Source: Candidatus Woesearchaeota archaeon (lineage in GTDB: Archaea; Nanobdellota; Nanobdellia; Woesearchaeales; SKIA01). Taken from it: 64,000 nucleotides of DNA. Within the stretch, counting starts at the first letter, position 1; each line of letters begins with the position of its first letter. This document shows positions 18,282 through 28,257 of this stretch, in pieces. The stretch lies in the NCBI GenBank assembly GCA_046704725.1, contig JBJKRI010000007.1:24291-88290 (forward strand). Direction: 5' to 3'. The position numbers were made by a program, and so were the translations under genes. The notes beneath the pieces were generated by a model that searched no databases, was not told the DNA's origin, and worked only from the letters and a program-made list of their open reading frames with translations.

Positions 18282-19694
18282 GTGAAACGAACGAAGATCC
18301 TCATCACGCTCGGTCCGGCGACGAGCACGGAAGAACGCATTGCCGGGCTCGTCGAGGCGGGCGCCGACGCGTTCCGAATCAACATGTCGCACGGCAGCCA
18401 TGAGCAATGGGAACAGCTCATCGCGACCGCGCGCTCCGTCGCCCCCGACCTTCCTGTAGTGATGGACACGAAAGGTCCCGAGTTGCGTCTGCTCGGCGTG
18501 CATGAGGAGTTCGTGCTCGAAATCGGCGAGGACCTTATCTTCTCCCTCGAGCGGAGCGAGAAGCTCCCGTACCTCTCGCATGATTTCGTTCCAGTGCTGG
18601 ACCAGCGCATCCTGCTCGATGACGGCGCGATCATCACCCGCGTCGTCGACATCAAGGACGGTGTGGTGAAGGTCCGCGCCGAGAGCAGCGGTCTCATCAC
18701 GAACGAGCGTAAGGTCACGATCCCCGGCGCGTCCACGACGTTTCCCGTCCTCGACGACAAGGATGTCGCCGACCTCTCCTTCGCCGATGGTCTCGGCATC
18801 GACGCGGTGGCCTTGTCCTTCACTCGTTCCGCGAAAGACGTCGCCGAATGCCGCAAGCACGTCTCCGAGAAGGTGCTCGTCCTCGCGAAGATCGAGAACG
18901 CCGAGGGGGTCCAGGATGTCGATGCGATCGTCGAGGCGGCCGACGGCGTGATGGTCGCGCGCGGCGACCTCGGCGTCGAGATGCCGTTCGAGGAGGTCCC
19001 TCTCGTCCAGAAGCGCATCGTTGGCTTGTGCAACACCGCTGGAAAGCCTGTCATCGTCGCGACGCAGATGCTCGAGACGATGATCCATAATCCCCGCCCC
19101 ACCAGGGCTGAGGCATCCGATGTGGCCAACGCGATCATCGACGGCGCTGATTGTTGCATGCTCTCCGGAGAGACCGCAATCGGGGAGTATCCTGTCGAGT
19201 CGTGCGCGACCATGGCGCGTATCGCCGAGACGACGGACCCTACATTGGTCACGAGCATCCCGCGCGTCTCCGACAAGCATGTCGGCGTCGCCGAGGCGAT
19301 GAGCAACGCGGTGTACGATATCTCCATGAACCTGGGTGTGGACGCGATCGTATCCGCGACGGCTTCGGGTTTCACCGCGCGCATGGTCGCGCGTTTCCGT
19401 CCCAAAGCGACATTGGTCGGCGTGGCGCACGACCAGCGCGTGATGCGTCAATTGCAGCTCTCATGGGGTGTGCGTCCGTGCGTCTTCTCCGAGAAGGCGA
19501 AGAGCGCGCACCACACCATCTTCTCCGCGGTCAGGAGCGCCTTGTCGCGCGGTCTCATCCAGGATTCCGACCGGGTGGTCGCGACCGCTGGCGTGGACAC
19601 GATGAAGCATGGCTCGACAAACCTCATCGAGGTGCATACCGTTTCGGAACTGCTCGCGTTCTATCAACGACACGGGGATGACGATCAGAAGTAG
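18282..19694 (+). CDS. pyk: pyruvate kinase
   Basis: RTKILITLGP, RINMSHG, DTKGPELR, AKIE, VMVARGDLGVE, ATQMLETM, MLSGETA. Confidence 0.97.
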   Translation: MKRTKILITLGPATSTEERIAGLVEAGADAFRINMSHGSHEQWEQLIATARSVAPDLPVVMDTKGPELRLLGVHEEFVLEIGEDLIFSLERSEKLPYLSHDFVPVLDQRILLDDGAIITRVVDIKDGVVKVRAESSGLITNERKVTIPGASTTFPVLDDKDVADLSFADGLGIDAVALSFTRSAKDVAECRKHVSEKVLVLAKIENAEGVQDVDAIVEAADGVMVARGDLGVEMPFEEVPLVQKRIVGLCNTAGKPVIVATQMLETMIHNPRPTRAEASDVANAIIDGADCCMLSGETAIGEYPVESCATMARIAETTDPTLVTSIPRVSDKHVGVAEAMSNAVYDISMNLGVDAIVSATASGFTARMVARFRPKATLVGVAHDQRVMRQLQLSWGVRPCVFSEKAKSAHHTIFSAVRSALSRGLIQDSDRVVATAGVDTMKHGSTNLIEVHTVSELLAFYQRHGDDDQK

Positions 19695-20509
19695 GTATCG
19701 TCTTTGAGTATCTCGAGCACTTCTTCGTGCAGCGCGCCGTTTGTCGCAGCGAGGCTTTGACTGCCGATATGCCATTCCTTCCCGTCGAATTGCGTGACGC
19801 GTCCTCCTGCTTCGCGCACGAGCACGCAGCCGGCGCAGATGTCGTGGTCGCTCGGACCTCCTGTGATGATGTCGATGTTCCCTTGGGCGAGCTGTCCGAA
19901 CGTGACGCTCCCCGCTCCGAAGATACGGACGTCCCCCACGTGCAACGTGAGCTTCCTGCGGAGCTTCAGACCGTCTTTCCGGACGCCTCCCTCGCCATAG
20001 ATCGCGCGTGCCAAGACCGTCGGCTCTACACGCAGCCTCTTCTCTCCCCGCCAGGCGCCGATGCCTTCCGCGCCGTGCAGCGTGTATCCCAGGCGCGGGT
20101 ATGCGATGACTCCCACGACAGGCCTGCCTTTGAACGACAGTCCGATGTTGATCCCCCATATTTCCGACCCGCGCGCGTAGTTCCCTGTCCCGTCAATGGG
20201 GTCGAGGTACCAGCACCAGTCGAACTCTCCGTGCCGTCCGGTCTCCTCGCCGACGATCGCGTGCTCCGGGACGCGGTCCGAGAGGAATTCGATGAGCGCG
20301 TGCTCGGTCTTGCGGTCCGCTTCTGTCACGATGCTCGACGCCAGGGTCTTCCCCGACTTCATCTCGCTTTTCACGTCGTCTTGCATGGAGAGGGCGATCT
20401 CTGCCGCGACGACCGCTGCTTCGCGGGCGATCCGTAGGTATTCTGTGAGCGTCCCCTCGGGAACCGCGATCGTTGAGGCCTTATCTCGTGTGGAGTTCGA
20501 TGATGTCAT
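19685..20509 (-). CDS. inositol monophosphatase family protein
   Basis: VTEAD, IVGEE, WYLDPIDGTGNY, DICAG..LVREAGG. Confidence 0.92.
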   Translation of the reverse strand: MTSSNSTRDKASTIAVPEGTLTEYLRIAREAAVVAAEIALSMQDDVKSEMKSGKTLASSIVTEADRKTEHALIEFLSDRVPEHAIVGEETGRHGEFDWCWYLDPIDGTGNYARGSEIWGINIGLSFKGRPVVGVIAYPRLGYTLHGAEGIGAWRGEKRLRVEPTVLARAIYGEGGVRKDGLKLRRKLTLHVGDVRIFGAGSVTFGQLAQGNIDIITGGPSDHDICAGCVLVREAGGRVTQFDGKEWHIGSQSLAATNGALHEEVLEILKDDTYF

Positions 20510-21575
20510 TGTCTTGGACGGTATGCGTCCCCCCTTTTCTTTGGTTCGGAAATTTGGCGCTCGGCCCGGAGACGCGCGCGTAGGTGAAGCGCGCCTCCAA
20601 GTCACGGTGGATCTTCCTCGCCACGTCCATGATCGTCAATCCTTTACGGATGATGAGCGGTTCGTCGAGGTCCGCTTCTTTTCCGGGCTCTTTCATCCAG
20701 ATGCGGATGAATCCGAGCGTGTCGAAGATGCGTTCCTTGAGATCCTCGATGCCTTCTTTCTTGGATGCGCTGATGAACAGGTCCGGATGGTATCTCCTGG
20801 TCAATCCTCCTTTCTGGGCTGGCGACAGCAGGTCGGTCTTGTTCACGATGAGCAACGCGGGCATGTATTTCTTGTTGCCTTGCACGACGTCGAGGAATTG
20901 GTCCGCGTCTATGGGCGTGCGGATGACGATGTCGGCGTTGAAGATACGGAACGTGCCGAGCATGTCAGATATCATCTCGTTGGTGAGTTCGGGCGTTCTC
21001 ACCGTGCGTCCGATGTCCAGTCCGTCCTTGGCCTTCTTGACGATCTTCACGTCCGGCGGCTCCTCGTTGAGCCGGATGCCTGAGTCGTGTATCTCTTTCT
21101 CCAGCACCGCGAGCTCTTCCGGGCGCGTGCCGTCCAAGAGCACGATGCACATGTCGGCGCTGCGCATCGTCGCGAGCACCTCTTTTCCCCTCCCTTTTCC
21201 TGAAGCCGCCCCGGCCACGATGCCCGGCACGTCCAACACCTGTATCTGCGCTCCTTTGTACTCGAGCAGCCCGGGGATCACGGTGAGCGTTGTGAAAGCG
21301 TACGAGCCGACTTCGCTGTCCTGGTTTGTGAGCGCGTTGAGCAAGGTGCTCTTTCCCGCGCTGGGAAAGCCGAGCAGTATGACCGTGGCGTCCCCCGAGC
21401 GGCGCACCTGGTAGCCGCTCGTCGAGGGTCCCTTGCTCGATTGGTGCTCTTGCGCCTCTCTCAACTGGGCAATCTTCGCCTTGAGCTTGCCGATGTGGTG
21501 CTGGGTCGCCTTGTTGTACTGCGTCTTGCGAATCTCTTTCTCCAGCTCCTCGATCTGCGCGCCATAGTCTGGCAT
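20481..21575 (-). CDS. DRG/Rbg family GTP-binding protein with TGS domain
   Basis: KTQYNKATQHHIGKLKAK, GFPSAGKS, YAFTT, DVPG, NKTD. Confidence 0.95.
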   Translation of the reverse strand: MPDYGAQIEELEKEIRKTQYNKATQHHIGKLKAKIAQLREAQEHQSSKGPSTSGYQVRRSGDATVILLGFPSAGKSTLLNALTNQDSEVGSYAFTTLTVIPGLLEYKGAQIQVLDVPGIVAGAASGKGRGKEVLATMRSADMCIVLLDGTRPEELAVLEKEIHDSGIRLNEEPPDVKIVKKAKDGLDIGRTVRTPELTNEMISDMLGTFRIFNADIVIRTPIDADQFLDVVQGNKKYMPALLIVNKTDLLSPAQKGGLTRRYHPDLFISASKKEGIEDLKERIFDTLGFIRIWMKEPGKEADLDEPLIIRKGLTIMDVARKIHRDLEARFTYARVSGPSAKFPNQRKGGTHTVQDNDIIELHTR

Positions 21576-21671
21576 GCTTTTCGGGAAGCGCAGGGATTCT
21601 TAAGCGGTGCGGTGTGCTGCCGTCGCGCGAAACGGACGATTTTATATACGTCCGCAGCCGCTAGAGGAAGA

Positions 21672-22448
21672 ATGGCGGTCGGCTGGTACATCCTCGGCGG
21701 GCTCTTGGCGGTCTACATCCTCGCGGGCGTCAAGACCATCAATGAGTACCAGCGCGGCATCAGGTTCACTCTCGGTCGTTTCTCAAGCGTCATGAAACCC
21801 GGACTGCGCATCGTCTTTCCCGTGGTGCAGACGTACAGCCGCGTGGACATGCGCGTCCGCGCGGTGGACGTGCCGGGGCAGGACTGTATCACGCGCGATA
21901 ACATCAGCGTGAACGTGAACGCGGTCATCTACTACAAGGTGTCCGACGCGAAGAAAGCGATCCTCGAAGTCGAGCAGTACGCCTACGCGGTCAGCCAGTT
22001 GGCGCAGACCACCATGCGCAATATCATCGGGGAGGTCGAGCTCGACGGATTGCTCGCTAGCCGCGACGAGATATCCGCTCGGATCCGCGAGATTATCGAC
22101 ACCTCATCAGATCCCTGGGGCATCCATGTCCAAGCAGTGGAACTCAAGGACGTCACACTCCCTGAAGAGATGAAACGAGTCATCAGCCGACAAGCGGAGG
22201 CCGAGCGTGAGAAACGCGCAGTCATCATCAAGGCTGAGGGAGAGGTGGTCGCTGCAAAGAACATGGCGGCCGCGGCGAAGATACTCTCAGGCAGTACCGG
22301 AGCCCTGCACCTGCGCACGTTGCAGACGCTCAATGATGTGTCTTCCGACGAGTCGAACACGATGATATTCGCGGTGCCGCTTGAGGTATTGCGAGCGTTC
22401 GAGGGCACCCCGATCGAGGCGATCAAGCGGGTGACGAAGAAGAAGTAG
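21672..22448 (+). CDS. SPFH/stomatin (slipin) family protein
   Basis: EYQRG.RFTLG, ITRDNISVNVNAV, LAQTTMRNIIG, QAEAEREKRA, LRTLQTL. Confidence 0.95.
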   Translation: MAVGWYILGGLLAVYILAGVKTINEYQRGIRFTLGRFSSVMKPGLRIVFPVVQTYSRVDMRVRAVDVPGQDCITRDNISVNVNAVIYYKVSDAKKAILEVEQYAYAVSQLAQTTMRNIIGEVELDGLLASRDEISARIREIIDTSSDPWGIHVQAVELKDVTLPEEMKRVISRQAEAEREKRAVIIKAEGEVVAAKNMAAAAKILSGSTGALHLRTLQTLNDVSSDESNTMIFAVPLEVLRAFEGTPIEAIKRVTKKK

Positions 22449-23196
22449 TCCACTGCGCGAGCATCTCTTCCTCGATGACGTGCAGCTTTCCGGGGATGAT
22501 GAGCGTGTGCGGCGGTTTCCCGAAATCCGCCTTCGAGAGCTCTTCCAGGGACGCGTAGACGATCCGCTGCGTCTTGCTCCCCAATCGTGCCACTCCCACC
22601 GCCATCGTCTTTCCGTCCACATCCAGTTTCTTGCCCTGTGAGCGTTCCAGCAGCATCTCTGCCGCTTCGGAAACCGTCATGAAGCGTCCCTGCTCTGCCT
22701 TGATGTCGAGCAGGCACAATGTGTGCAGTCCGCGCTTCTTGTTCTCTCCGATCACGTCGAGGAAGCTGTCCGGCGCCCAGTCGCCCTGGGGATACACGAA
22801 CGTCGTCGTGCGTCCGTACTTGTACAGGTCCAGCCCCACCTGCCCGACGGCGTTCATGACCGACGCGTTGTGCACGATTCTCACGTCCACGCCTCGTTCT
22901 TTCGCGCGCAAGAACAGGTCGGTGTGCGTCGTCGCGCTGAACACGTCGCCGATGACCAGGAACGCCGCATCCCCTTTCTCGGCCGCGTCGAGGATTCCAT
23001 CGGCCTGCTGTTCCACCCCTGCGCGTCCGAGCACCTCCACCTGCTTGCCGTAGAACCTCGCGAGATCCTCGCGCGAACACTGCAGCAGGCTCGTGTACGC
23101 TTCCAGGAAGACGCGGTCCGCCTTCTTGACAGCCTCGAGGCCGCGGACGGTGATGTCCTTCTCGTCCGACAATCCCAGGCCGATCATGGTGAGCAT
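22423..23196 (-). CDS. dph5: diphthine synthase
   Basis: IGLGLSDEKDITVRGL, LEAYTS, GDVFSATTH, HNAS, YKYG, HTLCLLDI, PPHTLIIPG. Confidence 0.96.
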   Translation of the reverse strand: MLTMIGLGLSDEKDITVRGLEAVKKADRVFLEAYTSLLQCSREDLARFYGKQVEVLGRAGVEQQADGILDAAEKGDAAFLVIGDVFSATTHTDLFLRAKERGVDVRIVHNASVMNAVGQVGLDLYKYGRTTTFVYPQGDWAPDSFLDVIGENKKRGLHTLCLLDIKAEQGRFMTVSEAAEMLLERSQGKKLDVDGKTMAVGVARLGSKTQRIVYASLEELSKADFGKPPHTLIIPGKLHVIEEEMLAQWTTSSSSPA

Positions 23197-23265
23197 GCTG
23201 TGGCGATGACGTATAGCCTATAAAAATGGATACTGTCGACATTGATTTCTCGACGGCACCCTTCT

Positions 23266-23667
23266 TCAGAAATGCGGGATGACAAGACGTGAATACTTGT
23301 CATGCGCTTTCTTGAACACAGCCAACTGTCCTGTGTCCCTGGCAGCGAGATACAGACCTTGTTGCTGACAATACCCAACGAAATACCCATTCTCGCTCCC
23401 GAGGATCATTTTCTTAGCGAATCTCGAATCCAACCGTCCAGCATGCTTCTCAATATGACTGCGCGCACGGCGATAGTGGTATGCAGTAGTGCGTCCAAAA
23501 TGGGTTCCTCCCAACATCCCGCCACCATATATGATGAGACCTTCTGCCACGCCCAAAGACAGATGGTGATAATCAAATGCGGCGGCGACGGCTCCAAGCG
23601 CACTTGCAGTGAAGCGATTGCCAATGGTGCTTGCAAGGATTCCGTCAAGTGCTCGTCGCCATTCCAT
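23266..23667 (-). CDS. hypothetical membrane protein (lower-GC ORFan)
   Basis: 133-aa ORF with two hydrophobic segments in a visibly AT-richer patch. Confidence 0.55.
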   Translation of the reverse strand: MEWRRALDGILASTIGNRFTASALGAVAAAFDYHHLSLGVAEGLIIYGGGMLGGTHFGRTTAYHYRRARSHIEKHAGRLDSRFAKKMILGSENGYFVGYCQQQGLYLAARDTGQLAVFKKAHDKYSRLVIPHF

Positions 23668-23725
23668 GCGAAGAGAAATATGCAGGAATTAATAAAGTAA
23701 TCACTCAATGATGGTGATTAGTTTT

Positions 23726-24610
23726 CTATTCGCCCGCCTGAAAGGCGAGCAGGTCCTCCGTGGTGAGCTTCTGGCCTTTCTTGACCTTCTCCTCGACCGC
23801 TTCGGCCTTCTTCTTGACCATCTCCTTAGTCTTCTTCTTCTCGACGCGGGCGACTTGATGCGAGTGCTCGCCGAGCTTCTCGCGCAGCGCGTCAGCCTGG
23901 TCTATCACGCCCTGGAGCTCCTCGCGCTTGCCGTTGTACTCCTCCTTGAGCTCGGAGAATTTCTTGTAGGCCTCGTCCTCGTCGGCCTTGAGCTCATCGA
24001 TGCTCTTCGACTTCTCGATGACCTTCTCGTGGAATTCCTGGCTCTCCTCTGCCTTCTCCTGGAGGTGCTCGTGCACGCTGTCGCTCTCGGCCTTGAGCTT
24101 GTCGATGCGCTCCGACAGCTCCTTTATCTGGGCGTTCATGCCCGTCATGCCCTGGAACTCCTTGGCCGTGGCCTTGAGGTCCTTGAGCTTCTTGGTAGCT
24201 GCGCGCTCCTCCTTGTAGGGCATGGGCTCTGTCTCGAGCTTGTACTCAAGCTTCTCGATGTCCCTTTTGAGGGCTGCCGGGCTCACGTGCTTTCCCGTCT
24301 TGCTCTCGAGCTGCGAGCGTCGCTTCTCGCGGAGCTCCTTGACCTGCGAGATGAGCTCGCGTATCTCCTTGCTGTAGTTGCGTCGCTCTTTCTTCTCTTC
24401 TTGCACGGCTTGCGTGAGCTCGTCACGCTTCTGCCGCTTGGCTTTCACGTCGCGGATCTGCTCCGCGATACGGCTGCCTATCTCCGCGCGCTTCTGGAAC
24501 CACTCCTCTTTTTTCTGGTTGAGCGAGGAGAGCTCTCGCTTGCGTGCGATGATGTCTTCCTGCAGGGTCTTGAGCTCCTTGCGGGCTTTCTCGATCTCGT
24601 TGTCCTTCAT
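23726..24610 (-). CDS. archaeal coiled-coil protein (COG1340-like)
   Basis: All-helical K/E-rich; IEKLEYKLET; C-terminal KKGQKLTTEDLLAFQ. Confidence 0.85.
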   Translation of the reverse strand: MKDNEIEKARKELKTLQEDIIARKRELSSLNQKKEEWFQKRAEIGSRIAEQIRDVKAKRQKRDELTQAVQEEKKERRNYSKEIRELISQVKELREKRRSQLESKTGKHVSPAALKRDIEKLEYKLETEPMPYKEERAATKKLKDLKATAKEFQGMTGMNAQIKELSERIDKLKAESDSVHEHLQEKAEESQEFHEKVIEKSKSIDELKADEDEAYKKFSELKEEYNGKREELQGVIDQADALREKLGEHSHQVARVEKKKTKEMVKKKAEAVEEKVKKGQKLTTEDLLAFQAGE

Positions 24611-24653
24611 CTGTCTTGTATCCACGAAGGGAAAAAAGGAAAATCGGAAGGCT

Positions 24654-24962
24654 TTATCCGAAGAGCGCGCCAAGGCCTGCTGCGGCCTCTTCCTCGTTCT
24701 TCTCTTCCTTCTTCGGCTCCTCTGCCTTCTGCTCCTGTGCAGGAGCTGCGGCAGCGGGCGCGGCGGCAGTCGCGATGGCCGGTGCGGCCGCGGCCTTGCT
24801 GACCGCGTCCTCGATGTCCACGCCGTCAAGCGCCGCTACAAGGGCCTTGATGCGTGAATCGTCCGGTTTCGCTCCCGCAGCCTCGAGGACCTTCTTCACG
24901 GTTGCCTCGTCGATCTTCCCTCCAGCCTTGTGGATGGTCAGTGCTGCGTAGATGTATTCCAT
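24654..24962 (-). CDS. rpl12: 50S ribosomal protein L12/P1 (archaeal)
   Basis: MEYIYAAL...[13 protein letters not shown]. Confidence 0.97.
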   Translation of the reverse strand: MEYIYAALTIHKAGGKIDEATVKKVLEAAGAKPDDSRIKALVAALDGVDIEDAVSKAAAAPAIATAAAPAAAAPAQEQKAEEPKKEEKNEEEAAAGLGALFG

Positions 24963-24974
24963 TGGTGTTCCTCC

Positions 24975-25967
24975 TTAGCCGAAGAGCGCTCCCATCCCCG
25001 CCGCCGTGTCGCCTTCAGGGTCCTCTTTCGGTTTCTCTTCGGGCTTGGCTTCGGGTTGTTCTTGCTGCGGGGGCTCCTCGGGCGCCGGTGCGGCTCCCTT
25101 GAGCTCCTCTGGAACGATGTCTTCGGGTAAGTGTGATGCGAGCGCTGCGGCCTGGCGTTGCGCCTTGCCCAGCACCAGGTCTGCCGTGTCCGGCGAGACG
25201 TAGTCCGTCTCCTGCGCCAGGCTGCGTGCTTCGCCGCTCGCTTTGGCGAGCATGATCGCGACGGTCTCTGTCGTGTGGATGCCCGCTTCGACGCCCAGGT
25301 TGATGGCGCCTTGCGCCGCCGCCGTCAGGTCGGCGAGGTATTGATCCTCGTCGATGTCGAGCACGCTCTTGGGGATGATGTCCCCGTCCTCGTACACGGC
25401 GGTGAGGTCGAGTCCGACCTCCATGGGCATGATCTGCAGGCGTGTCAGCAATCCTGCGAGCGAGGCGTTGATGGTGTCGCCCTCCTTGGCGACGACCTTG
25501 GCCTCCTTGACGGCGACCTTGCCGTTCTCCACGCCCGTCTTGAGCCCGAATTTGCCGAGCTCTCCGATGATCGGTCCTGGCGCGAACGGTGTCGGCCCCG
25601 CCGGGATCGTGATGTCCTTGGGAGCGGTCTGCCCTGCTTTCGCGGGCGCCGGGCTCTTGTTCTTCTTGAGGATCTTGTAGAGCGTGAAGGGGTTCTCCTT
25701 AGTGAATAAGAGCGCGGGCATGCCCTTGAGGTGCCCTTCGAGCGCTTCGAGCCCTTTCTTCTTTTTCTTGGCGTCCTCCACGGCGACCTTGAGCAGGCGT
25801 CGCTTGGTCATGCGGATGACGCACGTGCCGCGCAGTTGCTCTCGCATCACCTGGAGCTGCCGTGCCGGCAGGCCCTCCATGTTAAGCGCGCCGATGATCG
25901 GGTATTCGCCCATCAGCTGTTCGAACTCCGCCACCACCTGTTTCTTCTTGTCGCTCACGTGTGCCAT
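24975..25967 (-). CDS. rplP0: 50S ribosomal protein L10/P0
   Basis: NPFTLYK, PAKAG..AP.DI.IPAGPT...PGP, C-terminal AAGMGALFG. Confidence 0.97.
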   Translation of the reverse strand: MAHVSDKKKQVVAEFEQLMGEYPIIGALNMEGLPARQLQVMREQLRGTCVIRMTKRRLLKVAVEDAKKKKKGLEALEGHLKGMPALLFTKENPFTLYKILKKNKSPAPAKAGQTAPKDITIPAGPTPFAPGPIIGELGKFGLKTGVENGKVAVKEAKVVAKEGDTINASLAGLLTRLQIMPMEVGLDLTAVYEDGDIIPKSVLDIDEDQYLADLTAAAQGAINLGVEAGIHTTETVAIMLAKASGEARSLAQETDYVSPDTADLVLGKAQRQAAALASHLPEDIVPEELKGAAPAPEEPPQQEQPEAKPEEKPKEDPEGDTAAGMGALFG

Positions 25968-26611
25968 CAGAACACCGCCGGCTTGCCCATCGTCAGCTTG
26001 ACAAGCCCGTTCTTGATATTGTTCTCCTCCAATGGGAGGTTGTGGACGACCTGGTTGTAGAGGTAGCTGATGTTGTCGGCGACCTCGTCCTCGCTCTGGT
26101 CCTGGCGTCCGACCTTGAGGTGGATGACCGGGTCCTTCTTGGCCTGGACCCTGATGGTGCGCTGCAATCGCTGGTAGATGGGCGCGAGCGTGGCCTTGGG
26201 TGGCACGACACAGCCTGCCTTGGGGTTGGGCATCTTGCCGCGCGGTCCGAGCACGCGTCCAAAAGTCGTCGCCACCTGCGGCATGACATTCGCCTGCGCG
26301 ATGAAGTAGTCGTATTCTTTCGCGAGGTGCTTGATGTCTTTTTTGCTGAGCTTCGCAAAGTCGTCGGCCACGATGGCTCTGTCGAGCACCTTCTTGGCTT
26401 CCTCGAGCAGTTCGGGGCCGACCAGTCCGCAGACCTTGACTTTCTTGCCGTAGTCGTTGTGCAGCGTGACGTACACGTCGAGCTGCTGTTCGGTCTTCTT
26501 CAGGTCGATATCCTTGAGATTAATGACCAGGTCGACGGATTGCACGAACTTGCGGTCGTTGCCGTTCTCCTTGGCCTGTTTCAGAAGCGCGAGCGCCTTG
26601 TCTTTTTCCAT
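25967..26611 (-). CDS. rpl1: 50S ribosomal protein L1
   Basis: RKFVQSVDLVINLKDID, GRVLGPRGKMP, KLTMG. Confidence 0.97.
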   Translation of the reverse strand: MEKDKALALLKQAKENGNDRKFVQSVDLVINLKDIDLKKTEQQLDVYVTLHNDYGKKVKVCGLVGPELLEEAKKVLDRAIVADDFAKLSKKDIKHLAKEYDYFIAQANVMPQVATTFGRVLGPRGKMPNPKAGCVVPPKATLAPIYQRLQRTIRVQAKKDPVIHLKVGRQDQSEDEVADNISYLYNQVVHNLPLEENNIKNGLVKLTMGKPAVF

Positions 26612-26679
26612 GGTCGTCCCTCCTGCCGAAGCAGTACGATTGGGTCGTGAGTACCGCGAATCGAGGTGCGTTTATAAGG

Positions 26680-27345
26680 CTATGGGTGCCCGGGATGCAG
26701 CTCGTTGCCCGGCCGCAGGGGATCCGCGATAATCGAGTCCCTGCTCAGGCACACGTGCGGCAAGGGGTCTGTCTGGCAGCCGAGGCTGATGGTGGGGAAG
26801 CTGTAGAAGGTCGGTCCGATCCGCATGAGGAAGACGTTCTCCGGGAGGTCCGGCCGTTCCTGGCCGATATAGACCGTGTCCTCGATGGTCCGGTATTCGA
26901 CGCGCGGCTTTCGCGCCAGCTCCGAACGCAGGAAGGCATTCTCGGCCTTGTACGCAGCGCTCGCGTCCGACGCGTGCTCCAGCGCGTCCCGGAGGTTGCT
27001 CGCGTCCTTGTCTTTCAGATACACCGTGCGTGTCCGCACTTGCGGTACGACCACCCTTTCTGGCTTGAGCGTCAGCGCATAGATACCTGCGAACAAAGCC
27101 GCCCCGGCCGCCACGCTGATTGCCGTGCCGTCCGGTAGGTTGGCGGCACGATTAGTGAGCAGTCCGTATCCGTAGAATCCGACCCAACCCCCGGCCGCCC
27201 CGAGCAGTACCGCGTTACCTGCTCTCTGCAGCCGGGTCTCTGTCGGGTGTGGTTGAGAGTCGTAATCCGTGCTCGCGCTCGCACAGCCGGTGAGGGTGGC
27301 GCCCAAGAGCGCCACGCCCACGGCTCGCCGTATCAGGGGGTGCAT
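26680..27345 (-). CDS. hypothetical lipoprotein-like membrane protein (ORFan)
   Basis: LTGC lipobox-like N-terminus, two further TM segments. Confidence 0.55.
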   Translation of the reverse strand: MHPLIRRAVGVALLGATLTGCASASTDYDSQPHPTETRLQRAGNAVLLGAAGGWVGFYGYGLLTNRAANLPDGTAISVAAGAALFAGIYALTLKPERVVVPQVRTRTVYLKDKDASNLRDALEHASDASAAYKAENAFLRSELARKPRVEYRTIEDTVYIGQERPDLPENVFLMRIGPTFYSFPTISLGCQTDPLPHVCLSRDSIIADPLRPGNELHPGHP

Positions 27346-27398
27346 ATCGCTTCAAGGCGACGCGTTTTTATGTGGCTTTGCGCCGACAAGTCGCAGAG

Positions 27399-28247
27399 AT
27401 GACAGAACGACCCGGAAAGCTTACGAGGTTCCGTGATGCAATCCTCTCGCGCGAGCGCGCCGACCTGCCCTGGAGACGGACGACAGAGCCGTACGCCATC
27501 CTCGTCTCGGAGATGATGCTGCAGCAGACCCAGGTCGATCGCGTCGTGCCGAAGTACCTGTCGTTCCTCGATCGCTTCCCGACCGCCGCTTCCTTGGCGC
27601 AAGCGCCCTTCCCTGAGGTCTTGCGGCTCTGGCAGGGCCTCGGCTATAATCGCCGAGCGCGCTACCTGCAGGATGCGGCGCAGTTCCTCGTTGAGCATCC
27701 GCGCCCCTCGTACGAGGAGTTACTCGCGCTCAGAGGCGTCGGGCCGTACGTGGCCGCCGCGGTGTGCGTCTTTGCCTACAACGAGCGGCGGGCGGCGCTC
27801 GACGTGAATGTGCGCCGCATCTTCTCACGCTATTTCGGAGCGGTCGATGACGGTTTCATCGCACAAGCCGTTCCCGAGGATAGCAGGGATTGGCACAACG
27901 CGCTCATGGACTTCGGACAGGCGGTGTGCACCAAGCGCTCTCCCTCGTGCGATTCCTGCCCGCTACGAGCGTCGTGCCATGCGGTCAGGAACGACACGTT
28001 CTCTTCCGAGCCGTCGCATGCCCAGCCGCGTTTCGAGGGCTCCGTGCGTTGGCATCGCGGCCGCATCCTCAAGGTGTTGCTGCGCGGGAGGATGAGGGAG
28101 AATCTGTTGTGGAACGCGCTTCCGAGCGCTTACCGGAACCGCGAGCGGTTCAGCACCGCATTGGACGGTTTGCGCAGGGAAGGTTTCATCGACGATGAAA
28201 AGGGCGTGCTCGCCTTGTCGGATGGGAAGAGCCATCGTCTTGAGTGA
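27399..28247 (+). CDS. mutY: A/G-specific adenine glycosylase (short form)
   Basis: LPWR, ILVSEMMLQQTQV, WQGLGYNRRA, HhH LRGVGPY, ALMDFG..VC...PSC..CPL...C. Confidence 0.93.
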   Translation: MTERPGKLTRFRDAILSRERADLPWRRTTEPYAILVSEMMLQQTQVDRVVPKYLSFLDRFPTAASLAQAPFPEVLRLWQGLGYNRRARYLQDAAQFLVEHPRPSYEELLALRGVGPYVAAAVCVFAYNERRAALDVNVRRIFSRYFGAVDDGFIAQAVPEDSRDWHNALMDFGQAVCTKRSPSCDSCPLRASCHAVRNDTFSSEPSHAQPRFEGSVRWHRGRILKVLLRGRMRENLLWNALPSAYRNRERFSTALDGLRREGFIDDEKGVLALSDGKSHRLE

Positions 28248-28257
28248 GCGCTGGTAA

